Shown here: in pieces, positions 47,989-48,616 of the stretch
Layout of the letters: each line of letters opens with the position of its first letter
Position numbering within the stretch: position 1 is the first letter of the stretch
Source: Catajapyx aquilonaris
Lineage: Eukaryota
Length of the DNA: 48,616 nucleotides
Assembly: GCA_000934665.2 (NCBI GenBank)
Contig: JYFJ02002930.1
Span: 1 to 48,616, forward strand
Reading direction: 5' to 3'
Notes under the pieces: model-generated
The model's input: only the letters and a program-made list of their open reading frames with translations
Database searches by the model: none
Told to the model about the DNA's origin: nothing
Translations under genes and position numbers: made by a program

Positions 47989-48616
47989 GGAGTGGGCATG
48001 AAATGGGCACAAAATTTGTCGACTTCATTTCCTCTTGTACCCCTTGATCCCTTCATTTAGCAATGTAAAAAATTTCAGCTTGCTGGCTTAAAATAACATG
48101 GGTCTGTTACTTCAGACAAGTACACAGGTTATCAGCCAAACTCATTGTCCATCTCAGTACAGTTTCTCTTCTGCAATAGTGCCTTAGCTATATAGTGCGA
48201 TCCAAAATACTTGTCCAACTGCTTTTTGGACAGTTACTTTTGCACAATTACTTTAATGGTAACCTATCTGCAATGATCAGGGTTAAAGTTCCTTTACCTA
48301 TGGCTTTATAATTTTGATTTCATTGGAACTATGCACATAAACAAGATGGTCATATCAACTTCCACAATTGATGCACTTTTACCATCATCCATCAATGCCC
48401 AAATACTTGGGGTGCCAGCAAATTCATTCATTCATTACACTCACGGCATATTCCCAAGATGGGGTTACCAGCGATGACCAGGTATCATCAGTGAATCAAG
48501 TATTGTCCCGCCATGCGGATTACAGTCTGGCCAGGATAACTTTGACCTCGCTCGTTAACCATCGACTACGCTTTCCTAGCTGCGTTTAATCGGCTACTCT
48601 TCTCTGGCGGAGTCAC

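Noticed and set aside
47114..48056. ORFs of 125-192 aa in the foldback element
   Set aside because: They arise from repeats and the palindrome, and the same peptides appear on both strands.
1..48616. CRISPR-like repeat-spacer array or prokaryotic operon
   Set aside because: No constant 25-45 bp repeat with regular spacers, no cas-like ORFs and low coding density. The recurring motifs are spliceosomal splice flanks and segmental duplications.

Overview
Eukaryotic, probably invertebrate/arthropod, repeat-dense DNA. I see no intact transposase, RT or recognisable host gene. Most of the window (about 1-45,300) is a patchwork of short decayed fragments from many transposon families (EnSpm/CACTA-like, two hAT groups, Sola-like, pogo-type PHD, THAP/HTH, Tc1, Gypsy RT, a tRNA-SINE). 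Every fragment I can recognise lies on the + strand. These fragments are interleaved with paralogous exon modules of an unrecognised multi-exon gene family, which also lie on +. One type is an ATG exon with an RRS-R-L motif followed by Gln-rich sequence; the others are phase-0 Ala/Pro/Thr/Ser-rich exons. There are also orphan coding-like stretches and internal duplications, including a three-copy 1.5-1.85 kb block spaced about 18-20 kb apart. Discrete highlights: a minimal type-I hammerhead ribozyme (14464-14507); a GC-rich, well-preserved ~2.9 kb orphan island with a 283-aa ORF and TAACC-containing direct repeats near both ends (27609-30531); a 153-bp near-perfect hairpin; two minus-strand retroposons; and a 1-kb hAT-type foldback element with an 8-bp TSD. 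The overall layout resembles a uni-strand piRNA-cluster-like locus; this is inference. Family assignments come from motif recognition by eye, and remnant boundaries are approximate.
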